Assembly: GCA_026004595.1 (NCBI GenBank)
Contig: BPJL01000004.1
Span: 11,919-75,918, forward strand
Source of the DNA: Patescibacteria group bacterium
GTDB lineage: Bacteria > Patescibacteriota > WWE3 > UBA101185 > UBA10185
DNA length: 64,000 nucleotides
Direction: 5' to 3'
Shown one piece after another: positions 50,027-60,299 of this stretch. Every line of letters starts with the position of its first letter. The first letter of the stretch is position 1. The position numbers and the translations under genes were made by a program. The notes under the pieces are model-generated. The model did not search any database, was not told the DNA's origin, and was given only the letters and a program-made list of their open reading frames with translations.

Positions 50027-51169
50027 ATGGGTCAACCAAAAATAGCATTCGTTCACGACTACCTTCTCCACTACGGCGGAGCCGAAAAAGTGCTCGAGGC
50101 CATGCTTGAGCTTTATCCGAACAGCCCAATTTATACAAGCATTTACAACCCCGAGCGGCTGTCGGAAACTATTAACAGCAAAAAGATTATCTGCCCCAAG
50201 AACCGACTTTACCAAAAATTTCCCAAGTACCTAAGTTTCATGATGCCCCTAGTTTTTGAAAACTTTGACCTTCGGGAATACGACATAATAATTTCAGACT
50301 CTTCTGCCTGGTCAAAAGGAGTTCTCACAAAACCTGAACAGCTTCACATAAGCTACATTCACACACCCCCTAGATTTCTATACAAATATTCCGTGGAGTC
50401 AACTAAAAGATCGGCGTGGTATTTCAAGCCATTTGTTTCGGTCCTCGACTCATTATTGAGAGTCTGGGATCATGCGGCAGGTCAAAGACCGAACTATTTG
50501 ATAGCCAACTCTGAAGAAGTGCGCTCAAGAATTAAAAAATTTTATGGAAGGGACGCCCAAGTAATTTATCCCCCCGTTGAGATAGATTTGAATTCCCACA
50601 ATAAAGTTGCGGATGAAAAACTAAAAGCAACGCTGGACAAACCGTACTTTTTGATTGTAAGTCGGCTTGTAGCATATAAAAATATTGATCGGGTTATAGA
50701 AGCTTTCAAGAATCTGGAAACAAACTTGCTAATTATCGGTACCGGGAATGAGGAAGAAAAACTCAAATCCCTTGCCGGCCCCAATGTCAAATTTTTGGGA
50801 AAACTTGATGAGGTGGGAAAGAGTGTGTTGATGGAAAATTGCCTCGGTGTAATAAATGCGGTTCAGGACGAAGACTTCGGAATTGTACCGGTTGAAGCCA
50901 TGGCCCACGGCAAGCCTGTCATGGCACATAAAAGCGGGGGGCACCTGGAAACGGTTGTTGAGGGAGTAAACGGCGTGTTTTTTAATTCTCTTGATCCAGT
51001 TGTGTTAGCAGACAGTATAAAAAAATTTGAAAAAGAAATTCGTGACAATAGATTTGATTCTTTAGAAATTAAAAATTTAGCCAAAAAATTTTCTAAAAAG
51101 CGTTTCCAAAGTGAGATGAAAAACTTCGTCGAAACAAAATGGAACGAACACAAATCTAAAAATGCCTGA
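50027..51169 (+). CDS. Glycosyltransferase family 4 (GT-B, retaining)
   Basis: C-terminal EDFGIVPVEAMAHGKPV...G...E is the GT4 EX7E region, with a Rossmann-like N-terminal half. Confidence 0.8.
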   Translation: MGQPKIAFVHDYLLHYGGAEKVLEAMLELYPNSPIYTSIYNPERLSETINSKKIICPKNRLYQKFPKYLSFMMPLVFENFDLREYDIIISDSSAWSKGVLTKPEQLHISYIHTPPRFLYKYSVESTKRSAWYFKPFVSVLDSLLRVWDHAAGQRPNYLIANSEEVRSRIKKFYGRDAQVIYPPVEIDLNSHNKVADEKLKATLDKPYFLIVSRLVAYKNIDRVIEAFKNLETNLLIIGTGNEEEKLKSLAGPNVKFLGKLDEVGKSVLMENCLGVINAVQDEDFGIVPVEAMAHGKPVMAHKSGGHLETVVEGVNGVFFNSLDPVVLADSIKKFEKEIRDNRFDSLEIKNLAKKFSKKRFQSEMKNFVETKWNEHKSKNA

Positions 51170-51986
51170 ACTCCCTGAAACACACACAATAGCGTCTATA
51201 CTGGATCAAAACATCAAGGGTTTAAAAATATTAAAAGTAGCTGTTGCAAAAAACTACAAAGCTCTCCCCCAAACGGATACATTCATTAAAACGGTTGCGG
51301 GTAAGAAGATAAAATCAGCAAAGAGAGTTGCAAAAAATATCTTAATTGAGCTGGAAAACGGAAACCATGTACTTTTTCATCTTGCAATGACGGGCCGGCT
51401 TCTTCTTTGGAAAAACGAACCGATAAATGAAAGGGGGGTGAGGGTCATTCTTTATTTGGAAGGCAGCTCTCTCCTAACTTTCAGTGACGTGAGAATGTTT
51501 GGGAAAGCCGCAGTTTTAAGCCACAGGCAGGTTCAGAAACTAGAACACAGTTACGGCCCAGACCCCTTTAATGAAAAACTTACTGGGCGCGATCTCATTA
51601 AAATGTTCGCGGGAAGGAAAACCGGAGTAAAAAATGTTCTCCTTGACCAGAAAATAATTGCAGGATTGGGAAACATATATGCTAATGAGGCCCTTTTTCT
51701 TGCCGGAATAAATCCAAAAACAAAAGCATCTTTAATTAATGAGAAACAGGCGGAAAAGCTTTGCGAATCAATCCGACGTGTTTTAGAAGAAGGAATAAAA
51801 TTCGGCGGCTCGACTCTAGAAGACAAAATGTATGTGGATCCTTACCGAAAAGAGGGAAAATATCAAGAGCATTTTAAAATTTATTCGCAAAATAAATGTC
51901 CCAGGTGCGGTGAAAACGTTGTTTTCCTAAAAATGTCCGGACGCGGAACTTACTTCTGTCCCAACTGCCAGCCCGAGCAACAATGA
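51162..51986 (+). CDS. mutM: Formamidopyrimidine-DNA glycosylase (Fpg/MutM)
   Basis: N-terminal MPELPETHT (catalytic Pro2/Glu3), H2TH domain, and C-terminal zinc finger CPRCGENVVF...YFCPNCQ. Confidence 0.85.
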   Translation: MPELPETHTIASILDQNIKGLKILKVAVAKNYKALPQTDTFIKTVAGKKIKSAKRVAKNILIELENGNHVLFHLAMTGRLLLWKNEPINERGVRVILYLEGSSLLTFSDVRMFGKAAVLSHRQVQKLEHSYGPDPFNEKLTGRDLIKMFAGRKTGVKNVLLDQKIIAGLGNIYANEALFLAGINPKTKASLINEKQAEKLCESIRRVLEEGIKFGGSTLEDKMYVDPYRKEGKYQEHFKIYSQNKCPRCGENVVFLKMSGRGTYFCPNCQPEQQ

Positions 51987-53048
51987 AAATATCCGAACTT
52001 AAATTGATAAATTTTAGAAACCATAAGAAGTTTTCCGCAGAACTTAACCACGACCTTATCTTAATAACAGGCAGCAATGGCACGGGAAAAACAAACATAC
52101 TTGAAGCAATCAATCTTCTTTCAACCGGAAAATCATTTCGAGCAAAATATGACCGGGATATGATTAACTACAACGCTTCCTTTACTACCGCAAACGCAAC
52201 CACCCAAAACTCATCGGGTGAGTATAAACTCGAGGTTCAAATAATAAAAGGCGACAACTCTTCCAACATGTCCGTAAAAAAAGCTAAAGTGAACAAGGTT
52301 CCCAAATCTCTCACCTTATTTTCTGGAATTTTCAACAGCGTTATGTTTTCTCCCGAAGATTTGAACATAATAATCGGTTCTCCCTCCGAGAGAAGAAAGT
52401 ACATAGACTCCATCCTTATCCAAACAGACAGAAACTACAAAAGAAGCCTGTCGTCATATGTTAAAGCCGTGCGCCAAAGAAATAAAATTTTGGAAAGGAT
52501 TGCCGAAGAAGGACGCGGTCAAGATGAGCTCGGATACTGGACAGCCAAATGCATAGAAACAGGACAATACATTCAGGAGCAAAGAAGCAAGTTATTCGTT
52601 CACTTTAACAAAAAAATTGGGGGGGACGGTTGAAAAACTAAACGGCGCCCACGCAAGTATCGAAATAAAATACCTAAAAAATGAAATCTCAAACGAGAGG
52701 CTGGAAAAATATGAGAGAAATGAAATATGGGCAAAAAGCACTTTAGTCGGCCCTCACAGAGACGATTTTTTAATTTTTCATAAAGGACATAATCTTGCTG
52801 AATTCGGTTCCAGAGGAGAGCAAAGAAGTGTGATGCTAGCCCTTAAATTGTGTGAAATAGGATATATTGAGTCAGAAAACAAAGAGCGGCCGGTTCTCCT
52901 TCTTGACGATATTTTCTCCGAGCTGGATGAAAACCACCGCAGTTCGGTGTTTAACATTTTGGACCAGCAACAGACAATAATCACAAGCACCGAAAAGCCA
53001 AATTTCCTTGAGTACACAGTAAAAGCTTACGAGATCGCCTTAAACTGA
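51983..53048 (+). CDS. recF: DNA replication/repair protein RecF, disrupted by a frameshift (ORFs 51983-52633 and 52617-53048)
   Basis: N-terminal Walker A ITGSNGTGKTNILEAI; the C-terminal ORF carries the ABC signature/Walker B (GPHRDDF...GSRGEQRSVMLALKL...LLLDDIFSELD). The frame switches at a G7 run (52619-52625), next to an A8 run (52609-52616). Confidence 0.75.
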
Positions 53049-53088
53049 TACGAGTTGTATCTTGCGGGAAATATGCGAAAATTAAATT

Positions 53089-54081
53089 GTGTTTTATCCC
53101 GAATTTACTGTTACTCAAAAGGTTCTTAAAAACATAAGCGCTGTGGAATACGCACGAGCTGTTTCCGATACCGTAAAAATTCTTCCTGCTTGGCAGAAGC
53201 AGCTTAAAAAAGAGGCGTTGGTTTCCAGAATTTTTTCCCTGTTAAAAATGGAGGGCATCGGAGTATCGGAACAAATTGTAAAAGCATCCATAGAAAAACT
53301 TGGTGGTGGTCGCTATCAAGAAGTAATCAATTTCGAAAAAGCAATAAAGTCAATTGAAGAACTTGGCAGAAAATCCGAAATTGAGGAGGTTGACTTGAAA
53401 TTTTTAAACCAGACTTTTACAGAAAAACTCCTCCCTAAAACTAAACAGGGGGCCTACCGAACTCAGAAAAAACACGGCCGGCCTGCTCCCGAAGAAATAC
53501 TTGCTCAAATGGTTCCTTTGTTTGATTGGTTTAACAGTCTTGACGCTCGTGAAAACCACCCGCTGGTAACAGCTTCAATAATGTCTGCAGAAATACTAAG
53601 ACTTGAGCCCTTTGAAAACTTTAATCTTTCAACCTCTTCGTTGACATTTGACTTAGTTCTTGAATCTTACGGCTACAGACTGGGGGGACTAGTAGAAATA
53701 GACTCTTACTTTATTAACTCAAGAAAAGAAGTGGAAGATTCAATTTTGGAAATAGAAAAAAATAATTTTGATTACACACATTGGCTGGAACTCGTAACAC
53801 AGGGGCTTGCCTCCAAAACCTACAATTTGGTTGAGAAAATAAAACTGCTGGAAAGAGACACCAAAGTTGCGAAAGCTACGGGAAGAGCCAAGGTATCTGA
53901 AAGGCAAGAGAGAATCATTGAATATCTTCAAGATTATGGAATTTTGCAAAACAAAGACTTTCCCGTCGTATTTCCTGACATCTCGGAAGATACAGTTCTG
54001 CGCGACCTTAAATCTCTTATGGATAGCGGAATAGTAAAAAAGATGGGAAGTACGAAATCGTCACGGTACGAACTTGCCTAG
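53089..54081 (+). CDS. Fic-fold protein with a degenerate active-site motif plus a C-terminal winged HTH
   Basis: The region NHPLVTASIMSAEILRLEPFENFNLSTSSLTFDLVLESYGY aligns with the Fic core (…FHxxFxxIHPFxDGNGRxxR…), but the HPFx[DE]GNGR motif is replaced by EPFENFNLS. The C-terminal SEDTVLRDLKSLMDSGIVKKMGSTKSSRYEL is a DeoR/GntR-like wHTH. Confidence 0.5.
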   Translation: MFYPEFTVTQKVLKNISAVEYARAVSDTVKILPAWQKQLKKEALVSRIFSLLKMEGIGVSEQIVKASIEKLGGGRYQEVINFEKAIKSIEELGRKSEIEEVDLKFLNQTFTEKLLPKTKQGAYRTQKKHGRPAPEEILAQMVPLFDWFNSLDARENHPLVTASIMSAEILRLEPFENFNLSTSSLTFDLVLESYGYRLGGLVEIDSYFINSRKEVEDSILEIEKNNFDYTHWLELVTQGLASKTYNLVEKIKLLERDTKVAKATGRAKVSERQERIIEYLQDYGILQNKDFPVVFPDISEDTVLRDLKSLMDSGIVKKMGSTKSSRYELA

Positions 54082-54096
54082 TGTTAGAATAGACTC

Positions 54097-55854
54097 ATGA
54101 AATTCAAAGAGTTTGCCGGATATTTGGAACGCTTGGAAGCCACTACCAAAAGGCTGGAAATTACCGACATTCTTGCCGAACTTATTAAAAAACTGGGAGT
54201 GGAAGAAATCCCTCCTGCCATGTATCTTTCCCTCGGCTACCTAAAGGCTCCGTTTGAGAACAAGGTTTTTAACGTAGCCGACAAACTAATGATTAGAATC
54301 CTGCAAAGTCTCACAAACAAAAACGTGGATGAGCTTTTCGCCCAACACGGCGATCTCGGAACCGTAGCAAAAATCGTCTTATCCGATAATAAAGACAGGG
54401 GGATGTCCATCGCTGAAGTTTACGAAAAGCTACTTGAGATAGCTTACATAGAAGGCGCTGGCTCTGTTGAATTAAAAATGAAAAAGACGGCCGCTCTTCT
54501 TAACTCCGTTGATACCCTTTCTGCAAAATTTATAACAAGGATAATTTTAGGCACCACACGCTTGGGATTTACCGAACTCACAATAGTTGCATCTTTAGCC
54601 CTAATAGCCGGCGATAAAAAATACGCAAAGGAAATAGAACGGGTTTACAACGAACACCCCGACATAGGACTCATTGCCCAAAAAATAAAATCGGACGGCT
54701 TAGCCGGATTGAAGAAAATAAAAATAGAGCCGGGGGTTCCCGTACTTTCGCAGAAAGCACAAAGGGTAAGCGGAATGGAAGAAGCATTTAAAAGAGTGCC
54801 CGATGTTTGGGCAGAATTTAAATTTGACGGAACAAGAGTTCAATTGCACATGGATAAAAACAAAAAAGCCGGGTTGATAGAAGGCATTAAGGATTTATTC
54901 GGAGAAACCGAGAAAAAATTTTTAATCAAAACCTTTACGAGAAACTTGGAAGAAACTACACATCAATATCCGGATCTTATTGAAGCCGCCATTAAACAAG
55001 TAAGGGCGGATTCGGTCATACTTGATGGGGAGGCAATAGGATACAACAGAGAAACCGGCAGATTTCTGCCATTTCAAGAAACTATCCAAAGAAAAAGGAA
55101 GCATGGAGTTACCGAAGCGGCAAAAAACATTCCTCTCAAATATTTTGTCTTTGACATTTTATACCTTAACGGAAAATCTACAACCGAGCTCCCGCTAAGA
55201 GAACGAAGAAAACTTCTGACCCAAATAATTGAACCCGGTGACACTATAATCGTTGATGAGAGTTTGGAAACCAAAGAGTTTGAAAAACTTATGGAGTATT
55301 TTGAACTTGCCAAACAAAAAGGACTTGAGGGGCTGATCGTTAAAAACCCGGCCGATCCCTACCAAGCCGGAGCCAGAAGCTATTCATGGATAAAACTTAA
55401 AACTGCCGATGAAAAACTTCTTGCCGATTCCGTTGACTGCGTTCTTTTGGGTTACTACTACGGAAGGGGAGAAAGATCCAAATTCGGAATAGGAGGGTTT
55501 CTTGTAGGAGTGCCCGACAAGAAAAGCGGAAATTTTAAAACGGTAACAAAAGTAGGAACCGGTCTAACAGATAAAGAGTGGGTTGAAATAAAAAAACTTG
55601 CCGACAAGCATAAAGTAAAAGCCGTTCCAAAGAATGTGGATATTGACAAAACTTTAATACCCGATGTCATAACTGAACCGTCTATTATCCTTGAGATAGG
55701 GGCAGATGAGATAACTGTGTCTCAAAACCATACATCCGGCTACGCCTTAAGATTTCCAAGACTCATAAAATTCAGGACGGATAAAAATCCTTCCGAAGCA
55801 ACCTCAGTTGCAGAAATAGTGCAAATGTTTAAGAAACAAAGGCGCAAAAAATGA
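54097..55854 (+). CDS. lig: ATP-dependent DNA ligase
   Basis: Adenylation motif I KFDGTRVQLH (KxDG), motif EGLIVK, an N-terminal DNA-binding domain and a C-terminal OB domain; 585 aa. Confidence 0.85.
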   Translation: MKFKEFAGYLERLEATTKRLEITDILAELIKKLGVEEIPPAMYLSLGYLKAPFENKVFNVADKLMIRILQSLTNKNVDELFAQHGDLGTVAKIVLSDNKDRGMSIAEVYEKLLEIAYIEGAGSVELKMKKTAALLNSVDTLSAKFITRIILGTTRLGFTELTIVASLALIAGDKKYAKEIERVYNEHPDIGLIAQKIKSDGLAGLKKIKIEPGVPVLSQKAQRVSGMEEAFKRVPDVWAEFKFDGTRVQLHMDKNKKAGLIEGIKDLFGETEKKFLIKTFTRNLEETTHQYPDLIEAAIKQVRADSVILDGEAIGYNRETGRFLPFQETIQRKRKHGVTEAAKNIPLKYFVFDILYLNGKSTTELPLRERRKLLTQIIEPGDTIIVDESLETKEFEKLMEYFELAKQKGLEGLIVKNPADPYQAGARSYSWIKLKTADEKLLADSVDCVLLGYYYGRGERSKFGIGGFLVGVPDKKSGNFKTVTKVGTGLTDKEWVEIKKLADKHKVKAVPKNVDIDKTLIPDVITEPSIILEIGADEITVSQNHTSGYALRFPRLIKFRTDKNPSEATSVAEIVQMFKKQRRKK

Positions 55855-56219
55855 GTCTTGAAGAGAAAAACAATGAAACATACATCTCTTCTAACACCTT
55901 GGCTATGCTCTCATATGTGTTACCCCCGCTTTCCGGCATTTATTTTTTCATTTTTGAAAAAAGAAATAGACAGACACCGAACAAGTTTGTACTTTTTCAC
56001 GCTTACCAATCAATAACATTTGGAGTTGCGGCCTACCTTATTGTCCGCGCAGTCTCATTTATCCCCTACTTATTTGGATACATACTTAACAAAACTCTCG
56101 CAGTTGCCGCAATACTCACATGGATGTTCCTTGTGCTGAAAGCCCATTCAGGAAGTGAATTTGAGCTGCCCTATTTGGGGAAGATCGCTAAGAATCAGGC
56201 CCAAAAAACTTCTCAGTAA
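55851..56219 (+). CDS. Small membrane protein, DUF4870-like
   Basis: Three TM helices with a conserved LAMLSYVLPPLSGIYFFIFEKRN...FVLFHAYQSI pattern. Confidence 0.5.
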   Translation: MSLEEKNNETYISSNTLAMLSYVLPPLSGIYFFIFEKRNRQTPNKFVLFHAYQSITFGVAAYLIVRAVSFIPYLFGYILNKTLAVAAILTWMFLVLKAHSGSEFELPYLGKIAKNQAQKTSQ

Positions 56220-56221
56220 CC

Positions 56222-56500
56222 ATGGAAAAGATAGATAAAGTAATAAAAAGCAGGGGGATTGTGAGCGATACAAGAAACAAACACGAGTTTCAAGCCTACG
56301 GCAATCGCTTGGCCGAAGAGCTTAACGATAGAAAACACCGCTCTCTCTACATAAAACTAGCAAAAACCGAGGATAGAACCTTGCTAGAAGCGGCGCGTGA
56401 ATTTGTTTTGGGATCGGAAAAGGCGACGACTAAAGGCCGGCTCTTTATGTGGAAACTCTCTGAACTCAAAAAACAAAGGTTGAACAAAAAATCTGAATAA
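56222..56500 (+). CDS. Hypothetical protein (92 aa, basic)
   Basis: ORF with codon usage consistent with its neighbours; no recognisable motif. Confidence 0.35.
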   Translation: MEKIDKVIKSRGIVSDTRNKHEFQAYGNRLAEELNDRKHRSLYIKLAKTEDRTLLEAAREFVLGSEKATTKGRLFMWKLSELKKQRLNKKSE

Positions 56501-56516
56501 ACTAATATTTAAACAC

Positions 56517-57062
56517 ATGGATAAAAAAACTCTTCTTTCTCTTAGAACGCAGTTGCTGATTTCAGCTGTGGTCGCTATTGTCTTTTTAGCCGTAATCGTT
56601 GAAAGATCAGCTGTAAACATTTTCCTCATAATTTTGGTATGCTTTCTAGGCACGTTCGCCTTGGATCTTGAATATCCCTTGTACGCTTATCTTTTTGAAC
56701 CAGAGAAAGGTTTCTCAAAAAATCTCAGGGGGTATGTTAAAGATAAAGATTACAAGGGTGCATTAAAATACATTTTTTACAACAGAGGTGATGTTGTTGA
56801 TAAATCTCTGAATAGCGCCTTGTTCCAAATTATTTTCGCAGTTCTGACAATTTTGGTAGCATACACCTCCACTTCAAATGTGGTAACAGCGTTAGTGTTC
56901 TCAATATTCGCAAATTCAATTTTCAAGATGTGGGAGCACTATTTTAACGGACAAACCGACGAGTGGTTTTGGGCTCTTAAAAACAAGCCCGATAAAAAAG
57001 GCATTGTAATTTACTCTGCCGCTATGATTTTGGTGCTGATCTTTAGTTTTGCTATTTTGTAA
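56517..57062 (+). CDS. Hypothetical polytopic membrane protein (181 aa)
   Basis: Five predicted TM helices; no recognisable family. Confidence 0.4.
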   Translation: MDKKTLLSLRTQLLISAVVAIVFLAVIVERSAVNIFLIILVCFLGTFALDLEYPLYAYLFEPEKGFSKNLRGYVKDKDYKGALKYIFYNRGDVVDKSLNSALFQIIFAVLTILVAYTSTSNVVTALVFSIFANSIFKMWEHYFNGQTDEWFWALKNKPDKKGIVIYSAAMILVLIFSFAIL

Positions 57063-57072
57063 GTGTTTATAA

Positions 57073-57738
57073 GTGCCTTCCTTTTACGGAATTACAATAT
57101 CCATAGCCATTTTGGTCTGCTTGACAGCTGCTTCAAAAATATTCCCGCATAGAAAAGACATTTGGGATTTTGGACTATACTGCATAATAGGTGGAATTTT
57201 GGGAGCAAGGTTGTATCACATAGTTGATTACTGGCATTTTTACTTAGAAAGGCCTGGATATATTTTTATGGTTTGGCACGGGGGTCTTGGAATTTGGGGT
57301 GCGGTAATCGGCGGAATTTTAGGTTTATATATTTACACCTCAACTTACAAAAAGTCTTTCCTTGAAACAGCAGACATCGCGGCTTTAGTCCTCCCTCTCG
57401 GACAAGCAATAGGGAGGTGGGGCAATTTTTTCAACTCTGAAATTTCAGGTTCGCAAACTTCTCTCCCGTGGAATTTGGAAGGGAAGCACCCCATATTCCT
57501 TTATGAATCCCTTCTTAATTTGCTTCTATTTTTTCTCTTGTTCAGACTTTCAAAAAAGGTAGTGCCTGCTGGATATCTTTTGTCGTCATATCTTGCGGGA
57601 TACGGTCTAATAAGATTTTTCCTTGAGTATCTGCGTGTTAATCCTTGGAAGATCGGTGCCTTGAATGTGGCACAAATGCTGTCTATACTTTCAATAGTGA
57701 TATCTGTACAAATTTTCAACAAAAAGCGGCTAAAATGA
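57073..57738 (+). CDS. lgt: Prolipoprotein diacylglyceryl transferase Lgt (short form)
   Basis: GARLYHIVDYWHFYLERPGYIFMVWHGGLGIWGAVIGGILG carries the Lgt signature, and the protein has a polytopic topology. Confidence 0.7.
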   Translation: MPSFYGITISIAILVCLTAASKIFPHRKDIWDFGLYCIIGGILGARLYHIVDYWHFYLERPGYIFMVWHGGLGIWGAVIGGILGLYIYTSTYKKSFLETADIAALVLPLGQAIGRWGNFFNSEISGSQTSLPWNLEGKHPIFLYESLLNLLLFFLLFRLSKKVVPAGYLLSSYLAGYGLIRFFLEYLRVNPWKIGALNVAQMLSILSIVISVQIFNKKRLK

Positions 57739-58163
57739 TCTTTATCGCATCAGACCATGGGGGACTGGATATGAAGAGAGAAATTGCAAGGTATCTTGAG
57801 GAAAGAGGTATTGAACACGAGGACCTTGGCCCCTTTACCTTTGACCCCAATGATGATTACCCCGACTATACCGATAAATTAGTAAAGAAAATTTTGGAAA
57901 CACCTGATTCCCGCGGTGTACTCATCTGCAGAAACGGAGTCGGCGTAACCATTGCCGCCAACAGACACAAAGGAATAAGAGCCGGGCTTTCTTGGAACGA
58001 AGCCCACGCCATTTCCTCAAGAAGAGATGACAATACAAATGTGCTTAGTCTTCCCGCCGATTATATAAAAGTACATGAAGCCCTGACAATTTTAAAAACT
58101 TGGATAGACACACCATTCAGTAATGAAGAGAGGCATAAAAGGAGGTTGGCAAAAATATCATGA
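57735..58163 (+). CDS. rpiB: Ribose-5-phosphate isomerase B (RpiB/LacAB family)
   Basis: MIFIASDHGGLDMKREIARYLEERGIE...ICRNGVGVTIAANR is the RpiB signature. The start is taken at ATG 57735 (ATGA overlap with lgt); the ORF-track start at 57645 lies inside lgt. Confidence 0.8.
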   Translation: MIFIASDHGGLDMKREIARYLEERGIEHEDLGPFTFDPNDDYPDYTDKLVKKILETPDSRGVLICRNGVGVTIAANRHKGIRAGLSWNEAHAISSRRDDNTNVLSLPADYIKVHEALTILKTWIDTPFSNEERHKRRLAKIS

Positions 58164-58789
58164 TCATCCCTGCGATACTCGAAAAAAATATTGAAGAGAT
58201 AAAAAGAAAAATCGGTTTTATTGATGGGCGGTGTGAGTTCATTCAAATCGATATCGCCGACGGAAAATTTTTATCAGAAAGTTCTTACGCAAGTATTGAA
58301 AACATTGCCGCAATTGAACCCATTTCCAAACTAGAAATCCATCTGATGGCAGAAAATCCTGAGCTGTTTGTTGAAGAAAGGTACCCCAGCATTTTTAAAA
58401 TATCAGCTCACATTGAAACAAAAGGCATAGAGAATTTCATAAGAAACGCCGTCGCGAAAAAATACATCGTTGGAGTAAGCGTCAGCCCAGAGACCCCGCT
58501 TGAAACAATAGACAACCTTCCGGGAGGGATAAGTTTCGTCCAATTCTTAACCGCTCGCCCCGGAAAACAAGGTAATCAGATAATAAAAGAGGTTTTTCCA
58601 AAAATTAGCGTGTTTAGGCAAAACCACCCCGGTGTGAGAATACAGGCCGACGGGGGAATAAATGAATCAAACCTCCAAGAGGTATTGAATTTAGGAGTCG
58701 ATGATGTTGTAATTGGTTCTGCGATATTTGATTCTCAAGATCCTGCCATAACATTGGCACGATTCAGGGAGGTAAAAATGGAACGATGA
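58160..58789 (+). CDS. rpe: Ribulose-phosphate 3-epimerase-like TIM-barrel protein
   Basis: MIIPAILEKN...FIQIDIADGKFL and C-terminal VRIQADGGIN...VDDVVIGSAIF resemble Rpe (metal-binding H/D positions and a phosphate-binding tail). Confidence 0.6.
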   Translation: MIIPAILEKNIEEIKRKIGFIDGRCEFIQIDIADGKFLSESSYASIENIAAIEPISKLEIHLMAENPELFVEERYPSIFKISAHIETKGIENFIRNAVAKKYIVGVSVSPETPLETIDNLPGGISFVQFLTARPGKQGNQIIKEVFPKISVFRQNHPGVRIQADGGINESNLQEVLNLGVDDVVIGSAIFDSQDPAITLARFREVKMER

Positions 58790-59376
58790 ACATAACCACC
58801 ATATCACAACCCGAAGGAAAGGAAAAAATTTTTAAGCGCGTGGCGATACTTGGGGGCGCGGCATGGAAAGAAACTGACGAAATATATATACAGGCGTTTG
58901 ATACTGCAAAACTTCTTGCTGAAAACGGATACGAAATTTTTAATGGGGGCGGACCGGGCGTAATGAAAGCGGCAACCAAAGGAGCGCATGCTGGAGGTGG
59001 CCAGGCGTTTGCCATCACATATCGCCCAAACAAGCCAAAAAGGCACTATGAAGGTACGGATCCAACAAACGATGCAGAGGTGGAAATAGTCACACTAGAT
59101 TATTTCGACAGGACGAAAGTACTTCTCCAAAACACCGATGTCCATATTGTGTTTAAAGGAAGTATAGGAACGCTTAGTGAGTTCGGCATGTCGTGGATTA
59201 ATTCTTGGATACACGAACCCAACAGCAAACCTATTATAATGTTCGGAATTTTTTGGAATGAGATACTGGACATAATACAAAAAAATCTTTTGATTAAACC
59301 CGCCGAAAGACAGATGTTAAAAATCTGCACCACCCCAGAGGAAGTTTTGGGATACCTCAATTCTTTGAATAGCTAA
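58786..59376 (+). CDS. LOG-family protein (TIGR00730; cytokinin riboside 5'-monophosphate phosphoribohydrolase / lysine-decarboxylase-like)
   Basis: VAILGGAAWKETDEIYIQAFDTAKLLAENGYEIFNGGGPGVMKAATKGA and the PGGxGTxxE-like region are present. Confidence 0.7.
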   Translation: MNITTISQPEGKEKIFKRVAILGGAAWKETDEIYIQAFDTAKLLAENGYEIFNGGGPGVMKAATKGAHAGGGQAFAITYRPNKPKRHYEGTDPTNDAEVEIVTLDYFDRTKVLLQNTDVHIVFKGSIGTLSEFGMSWINSWIHEPNSKPIIMFGIFWNEILDIIQKNLLIKPAERQMLKICTTPEEVLGYLNSLNS

Positions 59377-59390
59377 GAGCGGCTCCCTCC

Positions 59391-60299
59391 TTGTTAATAT
59401 CTCTTAAAACCCTTATACTACAAGCAATGCCCTCGACAAAAAAACTGTCTAAACATAATGAAATTGAAGAGTTAGCACTCATCGCAAACAATCTCAGGAA
59501 AACCATTATCAACATGCTATTAGAAGCCGGAAGCGGCCATCCCGCAAGTTCTCTGGGAATGGCAGATATTTTCGCCGCACTATATTTCAAGATCCTAAAC
59601 ATAGATCCTAAAAATCCGAATGACCTTGATAGAGATAGATTTGTCCTGTCCAACGGCCACATTTGCCCTCTATGGTACGCCACACTCGCCGAACGCGGTT
59701 ATTTTTCCAAAGCCAAACTAAAGGATTTGAGGAAACTTGGATCCGAATTGCAGGGACACCCAAAGTTCGGGGCCCTCTCCGGCATAGAAAACTCGAGCGG
59801 CTCACTTGGCCAGGGGTTGTCTCAAGCTGCAGGAATGGCCCTGGCCGCTAAAATTCAAGGCAAAAAATACCGCGTATATGTTGCCACCGGCGACGGAGAG
59901 TTGCAGGAAGGCCAAATATGGGAAGCCGCAATGTTCGCCCCCAACAAAAAACTTGATAATCTTACGTGGATAATTGACCGCAACAACATACAAATAGATG
60001 GCTATACCGAAGATATAATGCCTCTTGAAAACCTTCGCAGCAAACTTGAAAGCTTTAATTGGTATGTGATAGAAATAGACGGCCATAATATCGAAGAAAT
60101 AATTAGCGCTTGCAACATGGCCAAGTCGGTAAGCCAAAGACCGACGGCGATCATCGCTCATACCATACCGGGTAGAGGTGTAGAATTTATGGAGTATAAA
60201 TTTGAATGGCATGGAAAGGTTCCATCCAAAGAACAGGCTTTGAAGGCAGTGAAAAGTCTGGCATCATTGGAAGGCAGAATAAAGTCCGATTATGACTAA
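59391..60299 (+). CDS. tktA: Transketolase, N-terminal (TPP-binding) subunit of a split transketolase
   Basis: GSGHPASSLGMADIFAALYF...DRDRFVLSNGH...ATGDGELQEG are the TPP-binding motifs. Confidence 0.85.
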   Translation: MLISLKTLILQAMPSTKKLSKHNEIEELALIANNLRKTIINMLLEAGSGHPASSLGMADIFAALYFKILNIDPKNPNDLDRDRFVLSNGHICPLWYATLAERGYFSKAKLKDLRKLGSELQGHPKFGALSGIENSSGSLGQGLSQAAGMALAAKIQGKKYRVYVATGDGELQEGQIWEAAMFAPNKKLDNLTWIIDRNNIQIDGYTEDIMPLENLRSKLESFNWYVIEIDGHNIEEIISACNMAKSVSQRPTAIIAHTIPGRGVEFMEYKFEWHGKVPSKEQALKAVKSLASLEGRIKSDYD

